The translations under genes and the position numbers were made by a program. The notes under the pieces are model-generated. The model ran no database searches. It was not told the origin of the DNA and saw only the letters and a program-made list of their open reading frames with translations. A stretch of 63,960 nucleotides of DNA, the filler included, from Octopus bimaculoides (Eukaryota): assembly GCF_001194135.2 (NCBI RefSeq). It is 7 parts of 7 records of this genome, joined end to end, with 100 filler letters (N's around TTAATTAATTAA, not from the genome) between each part and the next. Parts side by side here need not be neighbours in the genome. Positions count along the whole stretch, not along the records: positions 22,225 to 46,032 come from NC_068988.1; 6 more parts are not named here. One strand, given 5' to 3'. Numbering within the stretch: the first letter of the stretch is position 1; each line of letters begins with the position of its first letter. This document shows, in pieces, positions 22,931-37,144 of the stretch.

Positions 22931-24237
22931 NNNNNNNNNNNNNNNNNNNNNNNNNNNNNNNNNNNNNNNNNNNNNNNNNNNNNNNNNNNNNNNNNNNNNN
23001 NNNNNNNNNNNNNNNNNNNNNNNNNNNNNNNNNNNNNNNNNNNNNNNNNNNNNNNNNNNNNNNNNNNNNNNNNNNNNNNNNNNNNNNNNNNNNNNNNNNN
23101 NNNNNNNNNNNNNNNNNNNNNNNNNNNNNNNNNNNNNNNNNNNNNNNNNNNNNNNNNNNNNNNNNNNNNNNNNNNNNNNNNNNNNNNNNNNNNNNNNNNN
23201 NNNNNNNNNNNNNNNNNNNNNNNNNNNNNNNNNNNNNNNNNNNNNNNTATATATATATATATATATATATGTGTGTATATATGTATATATTCTAATTGAA
23301 TTGAAACTAAATCTATGTGTCTTTAGAATTTTGCATCACTAATACACTACTTTTTTGGTATCATGTCATAGATTATTGGTGTAATTCATTTGTAATGCCT
23401 ATTGTAGTATGATCTAAGCATACATTCAGTAGTATTTTCAACTATATATTTTACTTTAATCTTTTAACAAATAAATAATTTTGAATGTTAAATGTTCTAT
23501 TGAATTTTATAACAGTACAAATTAAAATATATCAGTGCAATTTATATGTAGAAATATTTATTACGATTCAAAGTCCTAGATCAATATTTAAATGCATAAC
23601 TGACAACAAATTCTATGAATAACTATCTTGGTTTTCTTTGTACATTGTATAGAATTTTAAATATTATAACTTTAGACATTCAGATATATGAAATGACTCA
23701 AAAATATTAGCGGTAGATTGTATTAGATATTATAGCGCCAAATTGTATTATGAGTTAAGCATTAACGCAGTTTCTTTCGTCTGATAAATAACTATGTTCT
23801 ATAAAAGATAATTCTACATTATACAGAATTTAAGTTTCATTCGACATGTTTGGAGTTACTGTTGAATATATGCTTAAGTCCAAATGCCAGAGGAATTTAA
23901 ACATGAACTATATCGGTTCGTTCTAAGTGACGAGTAAGTGACAACAATAGCGTTAATTAAATACCGCCAGTATTGATCTAAACATTTGTAGATCTTAAAA
24001 CTGTTAGTTTTCTGTCAGAAAAGTCCCCATAGTATGCATTAAATATAGATTTACACATTTAAACTTATTACATGAAATGGATGGATATTACCGTTTGATA
24101 AAATTAATGTTTCCTTCACACACACTCACAAACACACACACACACACATACACACACACAGAGCAGACATGCACAATCACACTCACGCAAACGCACTTAC
24201 ATACATAGATATATATATATATATACATATATGTATG

Positions 24238-24319
<82 letters not shown>

Positions 24320-25171
24320 CATATACATACATATATAGTTACACATACATACATAAATACGTATTGCATATATTTGTGTATGTATAAGCCTACCTGTGAA
24401 AGGTTAATTATTTATGTATGTGTATGTAGAGATAGATATTACATCATATTTAGTAAGCGGAAACCCTTTGGCAATGAACGATAAATATGAGTATCTTATG
24501 ATTATAACATAATTTGAAAAATAAGAAAAAAATCGTGGGACACCAACTGGTGACTTTAGGCAAGTTGTCTGCGACTGTACTGCATCTACTACACCATTCC
24601 ACATATGAGTAATGATTTCCTATCTAGGTGTAAAGCCTTAGGCAAGTTAATTCTCACATCTTTCCCAGAGACACGACGTGACGCGTGAAATAGCATTCAT
24701 AACACCCACCCGGCCAATAGCTTTTAACTAAGTTTCCGAATTATTAAAACGCACATGCTTTATACATGCAGACAGGGATACACACATACACACACACATA
24801 CAGGCACACAACAGACATGGACGCACACTGGCGGATGTATATACATGCACATACTGAATGCATGTACATATATTAAGATGTATTTGCATGAGCTATGTTG
24901 AGTCACACAGATACAAGAATAAACACGCAGATAAATGATGTATGCACGTGCATTTACGAGTACATATATGTATATATATATATATATATATATGTATGCA
25001 TATATATGTGGGGGGGGGCGTGTGTATTTACATGTTTATGCGTATATATATATATATATATATATANNNNNNNNNNNNNNNNNNNNNNNNNNNNNNNNNN
25101 NNNNNNNNNNNNNNNNNNNNNNNNNNNNNNNNNNNNNNNNNNNNNNNNNNNNNNNNNNNNNNNNNNNNNNN

Positions 25172-25218
<47 letters not shown>

Positions 25219-25389
25219 ATATATTGCCAGAGTATATTATGCTTTCAGATACCTAAGAAGGTTTAACTTGCACTATGTTAATTCACTTGGTTTTTTGTTC
25301 TTTGATTTAGAAAATAAAAACCATATTTCTACCAGACTCTAAATTCAATTCAAGATCATTTCAAGACAAAAGCTAAAATATACAATCCC

Positions 25390-25518
25390 CTGCCGGAGGA
25401 TCGTGGAGCTGTAGGTGTTTTCGCTCAATAAACACTCATAACAGCCGGTCTGGGAATCGAAACCGCGATCGTACGACCGCAAGTACACTGCACTAACCAC
25501 TGGGCCGTTGCGCCTCCA
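25390..25518 (-). mobile_element. SINE family C, 5' part
   Basis: Reverse complement GGAGGCGCAACGGCCCAGTGGTTAGTG...GGTTTCGATTCCCAGACCGG. Confidence 0.85.
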
Positions 25519-25903
25519 CACTGTAGCAGAAGATACACTGATATATTGAAAGGTTTCTAGTCACACACCAGTCATGACTCAGAAAATACAAGGCGTACCC
25601 TATTTCAATGAATGCCACACATACATATATTCACTATTAATGATTTAAGTCAATGGAGTGCGGTCATGCTGGGGCAGCCTCTTTTATGCAATTTTCTTGG
25701 TTATTAACATGCATGATTCTATTAGACATATATTCCATCGGTATCTCGTGCGGAGTGAATAGCAATATATTGTTGACCGCATTGATGCTCATTACATGCA
25801 CACATACATACACACACACACACACAAGCACACACACACAGAAGCACACGCACACACAGTCACTCGCGCGCACACAAACACACAAACATACACACACACA
25901 CAT

Positions 25904-25938
<35 letters not shown>

Positions 25939-25967
25939 AATAGATAGACAGACAGACATACAGATAC

Positions 25968-26044
<77 letters not shown>

Positions 26045-26879
26045 TACATAGATAGATAGATGGATGGATGGATGGATGGAGAGACAGATAGCTTCTGCTA
26101 CATATCTGACGTGATGCGACGTACCACCATCAAGGTCTATGATGACGACGATGATGATGACGACTACGACGACGACGGCGATGATGATGAGGGTGGTGGA
26201 GATTGTTGTTGGTGGTGGTGGTTGTGGTCGTCGTCGTCGTCGTCGTTGTCGTCGTCGTCACAACAGCTATGACGAGGACGTCGACGCTGACAATGCTGAC
26301 CAGAACAAGGCTGATGTCGGTGACGGTGCTGATCACCCGATATCAACTACTCTGCTCGCGCTGCACTAAATGTCGAGAAAAATAATAGACGAGCTACTCT
26401 GAGCCCACCATTGAAAGTCTCCAGATTTCAGTCTGAATAGAAAACTGTACGATAAATTTATATCACGACGATTTCTATATATATATCACGTTCTTTATAT
26501 ACTATTAGACACGATCTGCCATGTATGGTCTCACCAACATTTCAACGACACATTATGGTGTATTCTTAGCTTCTTTTCTCTTCCTTAATAGTACATACAA
26601 ATGCGCACGCCTATGTCTGTGTGCGTCCGTTATAGCCGAGTACACATGCATATATAAATACATGCATTCATACATACATATATGTGTATATCTATCTATA
26701 TAAATATATATATATATATGACATATGTATATAATTATGCATGTGTATATGTGCATGTGTGTATATGTATATATATATATTGTGTGTGTATATATGTATA
26801 TATATATGTGTATATATCTATATGTATTTATATGTATATATATATGTATATGTATGTATGTATATAGATATATGTATAC

Positions 26880-26925
<46 letters not shown>

Positions 26926-28036
26926 GTGTATGTGTGTGTATGTTTGTTGTACGCATACTCAAAAGTGTCCTTACACATATACATTCTCTACACATATCTT
27001 GTTTTGTTGAAGAAGTGATAAATAGTGTCTAAATCGTGACTTCTTTGTTGCACACTTTTATAGGATGTTACTGTGGTTGTGTAAAGTCTAAGACTATACA
27101 GAATAGACACATGTTCGATCTATTCTGTTGATTGAAGGTTTTTTTACAGTAAACATGTTCGACTTTTTGTCGCCGGTTTTTTTTCAACTAGTTGAGTCAA
27201 AGTTAATATGTTCTGTCTATAGCAGACGAAAGCTTTTTCTTGTTTGAACACAATGGTTGTCTATGTAACGCTTATATGAATAAAGATGAATTTGAAGAGA
27301 TAAATGTCGTAACAGAAGTTGGTGTAAGTACAACTTGCCAGGGAGAAATTAGCTAAATATTTGTACTGCATTTTCATTGCTCTTAAAATATTCTTCTCTA
27401 GAGTTACATACTAATGCTATATGATGTTAGTGCAGTTGAATTCATATTAAGGTTGAATGTTGTGGAAAGCACTAGATATTGCACGTATTATGTGTGTTCT
27501 TAAGTTTAGAGATAAAAAAAAAGGAACGTTTAGTTTATCAGCTAATTAAGAGAGACACATTTAATGAGATGTGAAATGAAATGTGAATTATTGTTTTTCT
27601 CTGTTTTCATTTCTGCTTTAATCAAATTTTAATTATAAAGCATGAACAGATCAACGATTCGAGACTCAATCACAATAGCCATTTCCTCAACAACAACAAA
27701 AAAGAACAAAGAAGTAAAATACACTTGGTTTCCGACTGAAGACTATGTGATACAGAAAGCCAGAGCAGAGGACAGTAATGGGAAATGCAAAAGAAAGTAT
27801 GTTAAATTACATGGCGAAATATATTATTAAAAACGTTAGCAATTATGGTATACTGATCATATTTAATATATAGTCATGATTTAATTAGAACTTGTATATA
27901 TTATAGTACTGTGAAAACATGCCTTCTTGCTTTTAGGTATCCTCTTTTCATTCCTCACGTCTTGGCCTCGTTACTACCACGAACTAATAATGATATCTCT
28001 AAGCAGTCGTTTAGTCTGTCAGAAATAGCAGCCAAA

Positions 28037-28257
28037 GGTGGTGAGCTGGCAGAAACGTTAGTACGCTGGGCGAAATGAATAGCGGTATTTCGTCTACCGC
28101 TACGTTCTGAGTTCAAATTCCACCGAGGTCGACTTTGCTTTTCATCCTTTCGGGGTCGATTAATTAAGTACCAGTTATTCACTGGAGTCGTTACAATCGA
28201 CTTAATCCGTTTGTTTGTCCCCTCTGAGTGTAGCCCCTTGTAGGCAGTAAAGAAATA
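28037..28257 (+). mobile_element. SINE family A with 16-bp target-site duplication
   Basis: Flanked by AGAAATAGCAGCCAAA at 28021-28036 and 28258-28273. Confidence 0.93.
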
Positions 28258-29859
28258 AGAAATAGCAGCCAAATTTACGTCTTTATAGAGAACACTAGAT
28301 AATATGGACAAAGCAACCCTTAAGTAGTCAAACAGGAAGCCGCTTTTCATTGGCATATGCAAAGGACGAATTGCATCTCACATGATATTTTGTAGGTGTT
28401 TCTAAAATACTTACAACATGTCTTTATCTCAGAAGTCAGAGGCAAATGCTTACAACAAGGATCAATCGGTGCGGAGATAAACGATTGAGCGCTGCACACT
28501 GAACCTATTTTGGAAATAGCATGTTTCAGTATTGGAGGGAAGTATTCATGCATGTACACACGCGGAGAAGTATGAACATACAAATAGAGAGCTGAAAGGT
28601 AAAGGGAGGAAGGAAAGAACGAGAAACATTAAAACGTTTGATGGCATACAATCCAGCGTTGAAGAGACAGCGCTGAAATGGCTCTGCCAGAACATGTCAT
28701 ACCGCAGTCTATGATGTTAAGTTTAGAGACAGATTAATTTAACAAATGCATGACCAGGACTGGTATGGAACACCAAACACCTATCATGCACCCTAACACT
28801 CTGCTGTTGGCTCTTAATCTCCTATATCTATTTCACTATGGCTCTCTCATCTTGACTATATTTTGTAGAGGCCCCTAAATTCCACCGTAATTCCAGTTAA
28901 AAGTATTAACCGCAAAAACTCGGCATTAATCATATTCAAAACACTAGGTTTAAAATGATTTTGGCTTGTACAAATCATATCAATCCTAATGTTAACAGAT
29001 ATTTATACAGACATGTTGACATACGTTTAGCATATGGATGTGAAGATGTCATAAATTTTAACAATCACATCTGTTAGACTTAAAGCAGGCACCCGTACAC
29101 AAGTACACACGCATGCACGCATATATACTCACATTTAAATGCGCTCATAAACAGAATTCACATATACACGCCCAATTAAGCATACGCACATTCCTGCAGG
29201 CATATAAACACATACCCATTTCTGCAAGCACAGAAACACACAAACATAAACACATTCACACATCCCAGTAATACGAAGTCATATATATATATATATACAA
29301 ATCACACGTATATATACATATATACAAATCACACGTATATATACATAATTCCATCCAAATATAGAATTGTTTACTTGTGCTGTAATTTTTTTAATATTTT
29401 TTTTTTAATCATTAATCATCACAACATGTTGTGCCATCTAGCGAGCTTCTAGAGTCAGAAAACAGATCCAAATTTAAAACTGATGTTTAACGTTAAATTT
29501 TTAGCGTTAAAAATCAATTAAATGTTCCGTGTTTTCTTTCTTTGTCATTTTTTTTTTGGTTGATTTTATTTATTTATTTTTTTTTTGAAATATAAATTGC
29601 TGCACAAATTAATGGCTTTGTCCATTGCTATTTCAATCTTCCAATGTTAGAGAATTGACTTGCATTATTGTTTGTGGTATTGATGCCGTTGAAGTTGATG
29701 GGTTTAGAAGTGCTCTTATTATTCATCTTGTTCTTCATGTTGCTTTTGATTTATTGCTGTTGTTTATGGTTGTTGTTGCTATTGTGGTTGTTGTTGTTGT
29801 TGATGTAAATGTTGATATTTCTTTTTATCCCTTGCCCTCAGTTGTTCATGCTATTTAGT

Positions 29860-30012
29860 TTGTTCTTGTTGTTACAATTCTTCTTCTTCTTCTTCTTCTT
29901 CTTCTTCTTCTTCTTCTTCTTCTTCTTCTTCTTCTTCTTCTTCTTTTCTTCTTCTTCTTCTTATTATTATTATCATCATGATCATTATCATCATCATCAT
30001 CATCATTATTAT
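29860..30012. repeat. Compound trinucleotide microsatellite (TTC)n-(TTA)n-(TCA)n
   Basis: Direct reading. Confidence 0.95.
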
Positions 30013-30109
30013 CATTTAGGTGGTGGCGTAGTTGTGTTGTAAGAAGCTTGCTTCACAATCACATGATTTCAAGTGCAATCTTATTCCATTCCACCTTCGG
30101 TATATGTTT

Positions 30110-30270
30110 AGGGCGGTGAACCGAACAGGGAGAATCTTTAGCACTCCGGACAAAATGTTCAGCGACGTTTCGTCCGGTTTCATATTAAGAGTTCAAATTT
30201 CGCCGAGGACAACTTTGCCTCTCAACTTTTCAGGGTCGATGATATAAGTACCAGTTGAGTATCGGGTTAA
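30110..30270 (+). mobile_element. Diverged SINE family A copy
   Basis: GGACAAAATG..AGCG..GAGTTCAAATTTCGCCGAGG..GGGTCGAT..AAGTACCAG. Confidence 0.7.
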
Positions 30271-30358
30271 GGTAATCTAGTAGCCCTTCATCTAGATTAA
30301 GAAACGTTACTGCTGTCATTAGGGTGGTGGATTGTTAGTTGTGTAGAGCTCCTGACGT

Positions 30359-30738
30359 GGAGGCACAATGGCCAGTGGTTAGGGCTGCGGACTCGCGGTC
30401 ATAAGATCGCGGTTTCGATTCCCAGACCAGGCGTTGTTAGTGTTTATTGAGTGAAAACACTTAAAGCTCCACGAGGCTCCGCCAGGGGATGATAGCGAAC
30501 CCTGCTGTACTCTTTCGCCACAACTTTCTCTCACTCTTACTTCCTGTTTCTGTTGTGCCTGTAATTCAAAGGGTCAGCCTTGTCACACTGTGTCACGCTG
30601 AATATCCCTGAGAACTACGTTAAGAGTACACGTGTATGTGGAGTGCTCAGCCACTTGCACGTTAATTTCACGAGCAGGCTGTTCCGTTGATTGGATCAAC
30701 TGGAACCCTCGCCGTCGTAAGCGACGGAGTGCCAACAA
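30359..30738 (+). mobile_element. tRNA-derived SINE family C, full-length
   Basis: GGAGGCACAATGGCCAGTGGTTAGGG...GGTTTCGATTCCC head; ends GACGGAGTGCCAACAA; aligns with 36101-36470 and 51982-52364. Confidence 0.92.
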
Positions 30739-31245
30739 AGAGCTCCTGATAAAATGTCTAGCGGGTATTCTTCTGGCTCATAAGGATTTGGACCCAAATA
30801 CGACTGGTTGCCTTTAGTTTTCATTGTCTTTCGGTCTAAATAATAAAGTCTCATTCAAGTATTGGGGCCGAACTAATTGCCTTAAAAAAATCTGCCATCC
30901 TCCAGATATATACCTATGCTGACATATACCTAAATTGGAAAGATTAAAGATATTGCCAGTATGTTGAATTGGCAGAATCTGTAGAGCACCGGGCCGAAAT
31001 ATTTACAGTATGTTTTTTAAGACTCTTGACATTGAACACAAATCTTACTGTGTTCAACTCGGTTTTTTATCCTTGTGGTGTCGATGAAAGAAAGTTGATG
31101 GTGTCGACTAACTCACAACCTCTGATATTGCTGGCCTTGCGCCTAAATTATAAATCATTATCATAATGATTCTTTTGTTAAGCCCGCGAAATGGCAGACT
31201 ATTTAGTGCGGTGGACAAAATGCTTTACAAGTTTTCTCTCACCAC

Positions 31246-31504
31246 TGTTGTGGTGAAATCCTGACACCCCTGTAGGATAGCAAGTCAACTGTCCTAAACC
31301 GTTTAAAGGCACATGCGCACTGTCAGTGAGGAACAGTGTGGTGTGTGCCGGCGCTTTGTGAAGACAGTCGTGGAATTCGTTGAGAAGAGATATTGTTTGT
31401 TACGTGTTGTTTCTGATTTATATTTGTATAGTTATAACCTCGTTATAAAGTGGTATATACAGTGAGTTCAAAGAAGGGCATAACAGAGTCGCCGAGACAC
31501 AATA
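31246..31504. mobile_element. Probable solo LTR inserted into a diverged SINE-A copy
   Basis: TGTTGTG...CACAATA termini (imperfect inverted repeat); SINE-A 5' half at about 31180-31245 and 3' half at about 31505-31675; no clean TSD. Confidence 0.45.
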
Positions 31505-31959
31505 TGGACTAATGAATTTGGACTTCATCAGCCCAAATCTTGCTGAGGTTGACTTCGTCATTCATGACTTCAGGGTCACTGAAGTAAATACAATTTACGC
31601 ACTAGGGTTGATGTAAACAACTTTCCGCTTGCCCTCAAAATCGCTGTGCTTGTGCCATAATTACAAAGAATTATTTCTCTAGTATAGCTCCGGTTCCACT
31701 GGAGTTATGCCAACAGTTAATTAGAGACACAGCAACATTGACCATTCCGTTTTGTTTTTCTCTTTTGATACAGTTTATCTAAGAGTACATCATCGATTTT
31801 TCCTCAAATTTCTTTAAAAAAAAGAAAAATGAACAAAAATTCAGAATGTGATTTTAGGATGACTTGCCTGCGACTGCATTAATACTGTTTCGTTGTTTGT
31901 ACATCTGGTAAAGATGGTTTTTATGGTAGGGGCTTGTAGCAGTAATATGGGAGATAACG

Positions 31960-33400
31960 ATGAGGACGAGGTGTTGATGATGACAACGGCGATGGTGATA
32001 TTCCGATGAGTGAGGAATGTCTAAAATATGACGATGATGGGTATAGTAGAATGTTGACGGTTATCTTGATGATGATGATAATGATGATGGAGTGAACGAC
32101 GACATAACGATGATGATGATGATNNNNNNNNNNNNNNNNNNNNNNNNNNNNNNNNNNNNNNNNNNNNNNNNNNNNNNNNNNNNNNNNNNNNNNNNNNNNN
32201 NNNNNNNNNNNNNNNNNNNNNNNNNNNNNNNNNNNNNNNNNNNNNNNNNNNNNNNNNNNNNNNNNNNNNNNNNNNNNNNNNNNNNNNNNNNNNNNNNNNN
32301 NNNNNNNNNNNNNNNNNNNNNNNNNNNNNNNNNNNNNNNNNAGGAGGAGGAGGAGAGGAGGAGGAGGAGAGGAGGAGGAGGAGGAGGAGGAGGTTCATGG
32401 TGATGATGATGATGATGATAATTACTGTTACAATGACGAGAAACCGGCTGATGATGATGATGGTGATGATGTTCATGACGACAACGACGACGACGATGAT
32501 GATGATGATGTTCATGATGATTTTAGCATTCATGGCGATGGTGGTGGTGAGGAGGTAGATGAGACCATGCATGTTCATGGCTTTCTCTGGCTATTGGTTC
32601 AGTTTCAACAGGATTTGTATTTATTGCTGTTGATGTTGTTGTTGTCATTTTCTGCTTTTTTTATTGTGTGTTTTTTTTATTCTCCTTTTTACTAATATGT
32701 TTTTTTTTTTTGCTTTATAGTTATTCGATGTTTTATTTTTGCTGCTGTTTAAGTTACTTCTCATTAACCTCCTCCTCCTCCTCNNNNNNNNNNNNNNNNN
32801 NNNNNNNNNNNNNNNNNNNNNNNNNNNNNNNNNNNNNNNNNNNNNNNNNNNNNNNNNNNNNNNNNNNNNNNNNNNNNNNNNNNNNNNNNNNNNNNNNNNN
32901 NNCCAACTTCCTTCTTTTCTCCATGTCCTCCTCCTGTTCTTCTTCTTCTTCTTCGTTTTCTTCTTCTCCTCCATCTCTTCCTTCTCCATCTTCGTCTTTT
33001 CTACTTAATCGCTGTTTTAGAATTAACGTTGCCTTTTAATCTTTCTGTTATTATTTTACTTTACTGCAATCAACTGATGATGTTACAGTCGATAATGATG
33101 TGTACGAGGATGATATTGATTACGAAGATGATGACAGTGCTCCTACTGCTCCTGCAGCAGCTGATGATGATGATGATGATGATGATGATGACGATGACGA
33201 TGATGATGATGATGGTGGTGGTGGTGGTTATGATGATGATGATGACGATGATGATGACGATGATGATGGTGATGATGATGATGGTGATGATGATGATGAC
33301 GACGATGACGATGATGATGACGACGATGACGATGATGATGACGACGATGACGATGATGATGACGACGATGACGATGATATAGATCATGATCATGTCATAA
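31960..33400. repeat. Compound (GAT/GAC/GAG/CTC)n microsatellite island with gaps
   Basis: Direct reading; source of the poly-Asp and poly-Met pseudo-ORFs. Confidence 0.92.
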
Positions 33401-34619
33401 TTCTTGTTAACCGTTATTCTGTTTGCTGTCGTAGTCTTGTCGTCTACTATTTTTGCTGTTGCTCTTTTGTTAAAATGGGGGTTGAAGTTATATGCATCAT
33501 TATTCATTTACATCACAATATATTTAACTGAAATTATATTTTGTTCCTATTTAACCGTTTCAGGTTTTATAGTGAGAAGAATTTCAATTATCACCATGCC
33601 TTTTTCCTATAACGAAGACGAATTCTTCTGAGATATTATTCATTTTCTTGACGAGAGATATTTCGTTACTAGTCTTCGTTGTTTAAAATTATTGTCGTCA
33701 TTGCTTTGCATCAAACAACTAAATTCCACGTTACTAACTACTTGAAGTTCTTGAAGTTGGTAGGAGTTATTTGTCCCCTTTTACATTCACTTCTATTATT
33801 CTCCAAATTTGATCCAAATATTTTTGCTATGATAATTGCTGGCAATCTCATTTTGCCGTATTACATCATTAGAATCATGAAATTAGTTTACAGTGAAAAG
33901 ATCATGAAGCTTCTGTTTCCAAAATGACTAACAAGTTGTTGACGATCACATTAGCGAACAATATGAGGATATCTTCCTTCTATTTCTGAGCTTGATGAAC
34001 GAAATACGAGAAAATACAATTATTAAAAAGCCGTTGTAAACATGCACTAACAGTGTATGCATTTTACCTTTCAAAACACGCGAATTTTGGCACTTTAACT
34101 TTAGTCACACTACCATCATCATTATTATCATCGTAGTTAAAGTGTGAAAGTGGACAAAACACCCACGCTTATAAATGAGATGGTGTCTCCCTTATGTTTT
34201 GTGGGACGAACAGACAAATAGACAGAATCTCTATTTTATATATATAGATATACATCGAGCTTTTTTCAAATTCCGTATTTATCAATTCACAGCATATTGT
34301 TTTATGCTTCGTTTAATGTGATCGAGAAGTTTTCAACACCAAATAAGACTGGTCGTGAGTGTTCCCTACGAGTTAGCTATAACTAAAGCCACGATATCTA
34401 ATGCATTCTTTTTTATATGGAAAAGGGAAATTTGGCTGTTGTTTCTAGCATGTCCACTGACCACGTAGAATATCTGCAAAAGCTCGTTACCTTGCTGTTT
34501 TGATGTTGTCGATGAGATTTTGGTTGTTGTTTCTACTACAACCATATATAGTTAATTGAAAGGCAAATCAATAACGTTAATTAAATACAAGAAGCAGGTC
34601 ATAAGTAATTAAGCCAATT

Positions 34620-35356
34620 AGTAACATGAACAGCAGCAGCAGCAACAACAGCAGCAACATTCAAAAGCCCACTCAACGTCGAGAACATATTTATCCTTGT
34701 GGGTGTCTTTAGCATTGTCATCAGCACAACCAATAACAACCCCACTTCCACTACTGCTACCACCACAACCACCACTGCCACCACAACCACCACTGCCGCT
34801 GCGGCCACCACTACCCTTAAATCCCACCACCACGACAACCCTACAACCACCGCCACAACCTACACCACCACCTACACTAACACCACCACAACATAATCAT
34901 AATCATCATCATCATCATCGTCGTCGTCGTCGTCGTCATCACCTTCATCATCATTACTGTTGACATCATGACTATCACCGTCATTTCTGTTATCATCTTC
35001 TTCTTCATCATTATTCCAGCGTATCCATTGCCTTTCAAGGATTTCACCGGCGTAATTCTCATCAGCAGCAGTAATTTCAGTAGCAGCAGCAGCAGCAGCA
35101 GCACCAAACCACACAGTAGCTTCCTCGTTTTCGTCATCTTTATCAAAACCATCATCATCATCAACATCAACGCCAGCAACATTTATATCGTAACTGTAGT
35201 TAACTTCAACGACAATTTCGGTCGTCACGAGGAACAAAAGGAGAAGGAGGAGGAGGAGGAGGAGAAGAAGAAGAAGAAGAAGAAGAAGAAGAAGAAGAAG
35301 AAGAAGAAGAAGAAGAAGAAGACGATGACAACGACGACGACAACGACGACGGCGGC
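34620..35356. repeat. Compound trinucleotide island (CAG/CAC/CAT/GAA/GAC)n
   Basis: Direct reading. Confidence 0.92.
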
Positions 35357-36100
35357 TTAATTAATTTGTCCTTTTTGACATAGAGTTCCACTTTTTGTCT
35401 TTTAACTTGCCTCTGAAAATAAGCCGATTGAAGTTGGAGTTTGAAGGTTCTGAAAGAAAAAAGGCTTTTTTAGGTATTAAGAAAATATTTGTTTTCATTT
35501 ATTTATCTTTTGGAGGGTGAGGGGTGCTTTCTTCTCATCACTTTCCTTTTCTGTCCTTCGGTATAAGAAATTCTTGATAATTGTAACTATCAGTGTAGAC
35601 TAGAAAGTAGATAAATTGTCTTAACACAGTATTACGCAGCTGATAAACGATTAAATGTTCTGGTGTAGACCGATATTGCAAGGTTTCATTTGACAGAAAA
35701 TGAAGTCATGTATAATAATATATCATTTCCGTCTCAAATACATTTTGGCAGATTCAGACCTGAATAGTTGGTCGTAGTTGTTTTCCGTCGAAGGAGAACA
35801 TATACCCACTTTATACTAAATTTGTTCGTAAAATAGGCAGCTCATCGGTGAAAGAGGACTTTGAGTACCGTGGTGTTTCGACCGTAATGTTATTAGAGGT
35901 TCATGTTTCTAGGAACTACAAATAAATTTTTGCTGAAGAGCGCTGATACCTGCTAAATACATAATAATTCATGAGACGCACGTAGATCAGCGAGAAACAA
36001 CATATAATTCATTTACATTTTCTGGGAATATCTAATCGCTAATATCTATCGTCAATGCAGCATTTCTCCGTTTAAACGACACCTATTCATAACGCGTAGT

Positions 36101-36470
36101 AGAGGCGCAATGGCCCAGTGATTAGGGCTGCGGACTCGCGGTCATAGAATCGCAGTTTCGATTCCCAGACCGGGCGTTGTGAGTGTTTATTGAGCGAAAA
36201 CACCTAAAGCTCCACGAGGCTCCGGCAGGGGATGGTGGCGAACCCTGCTGTACTCTTCCACCACAACTTTCTCTCACTCTTACTTCCTGTTTCTGTTTGC
36301 TGTGCCTGTAATTCAAAGGGTCAGCCTTGTCACACTGTGTCACGCTGAATATCCCCGAGAACTACGTTAAGGGCACACGTGTCTGTGGAGTGCTCAGCCA
36401 CTTGCACGTTAATTTCACGAGCAGGGTGTTCCGTTGATCGGATCAACTGGAATCCTCGACATCGTAAGGG
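36101..36470 (+). mobile_element. SINE family C, slightly 3'-truncated
   Basis: Colinear with 30359-30738. Confidence 0.92.
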
Positions 36471-37086
36471 ATTTGAGACACACATCGTTCAAAGAAAGTT
36501 GTTCTTCGAAGGCGAAATTCTACAGTGATCAGTTAATCACATTCGAATCTGAGATGCTAATCATTGGATTTACGTTATTCTGCCTTCACCATATGAGTTA
36601 TTAAATTCGTATAGTGTGGTTTGTAATGTAGACTCGAGTCCAGAAATTAAATTTCAAGGGATGGCGGTTTGACGGTAGTGATTAAATGGTACTTTAGTTT
36701 TACTACCACTGGAAAGGTTAAAGTCAAAATTGACCACAGACAGTTTTGAATTTAGGAGGTAAGATTGTGCCAGTCACTGCCAGCCACAGACAATTTGATA
36801 TATAATTGAAAAAATATTAATCTAAAGTTAAAGAAGTGATTTTAAATTCTCAAACGCACGCAGGATAATGCTAATAATATAGCCTGAACAGGATAAACTA
36901 CCCCTATTTTGCAGAAGAAAGTGTAAAATATATTAAAGCATCCTTACTTTAAACACATTTAGCAGGGGAAATCTTTCGCATCGATTTATTGTGCGTAACA
37001 AGAATATTGGGATTACGTGTAATACATGCAGCAGAAAGAGCATATTATACCTGTAAGGGTGTGTGGCGAATAGTTGGGTAGGTAGG

Positions 37087-37144
<58 letters not shown>

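Noticed and set aside
26373-26389. 17-mer TCGA(G/C)AAAAATAATAGA shared with 60262-60278, both after triplet-repeat islands
   Set aside because: Mostly A/T with no extended flanking homology; chance is plausible
30359-30430. tRNA genes at the heads of SINE-B and SINE-C copies
   Set aside because: They continue into multi-copy SINE bodies and lack a complete cloverleaf
33100-33531. 143-aa poly-Asp ORF resembling an acidic biomineralisation protein
   Set aside because: It is a (GAT/GAC)n microsatellite, open in several frames on both strands, with no signal peptide or splice support
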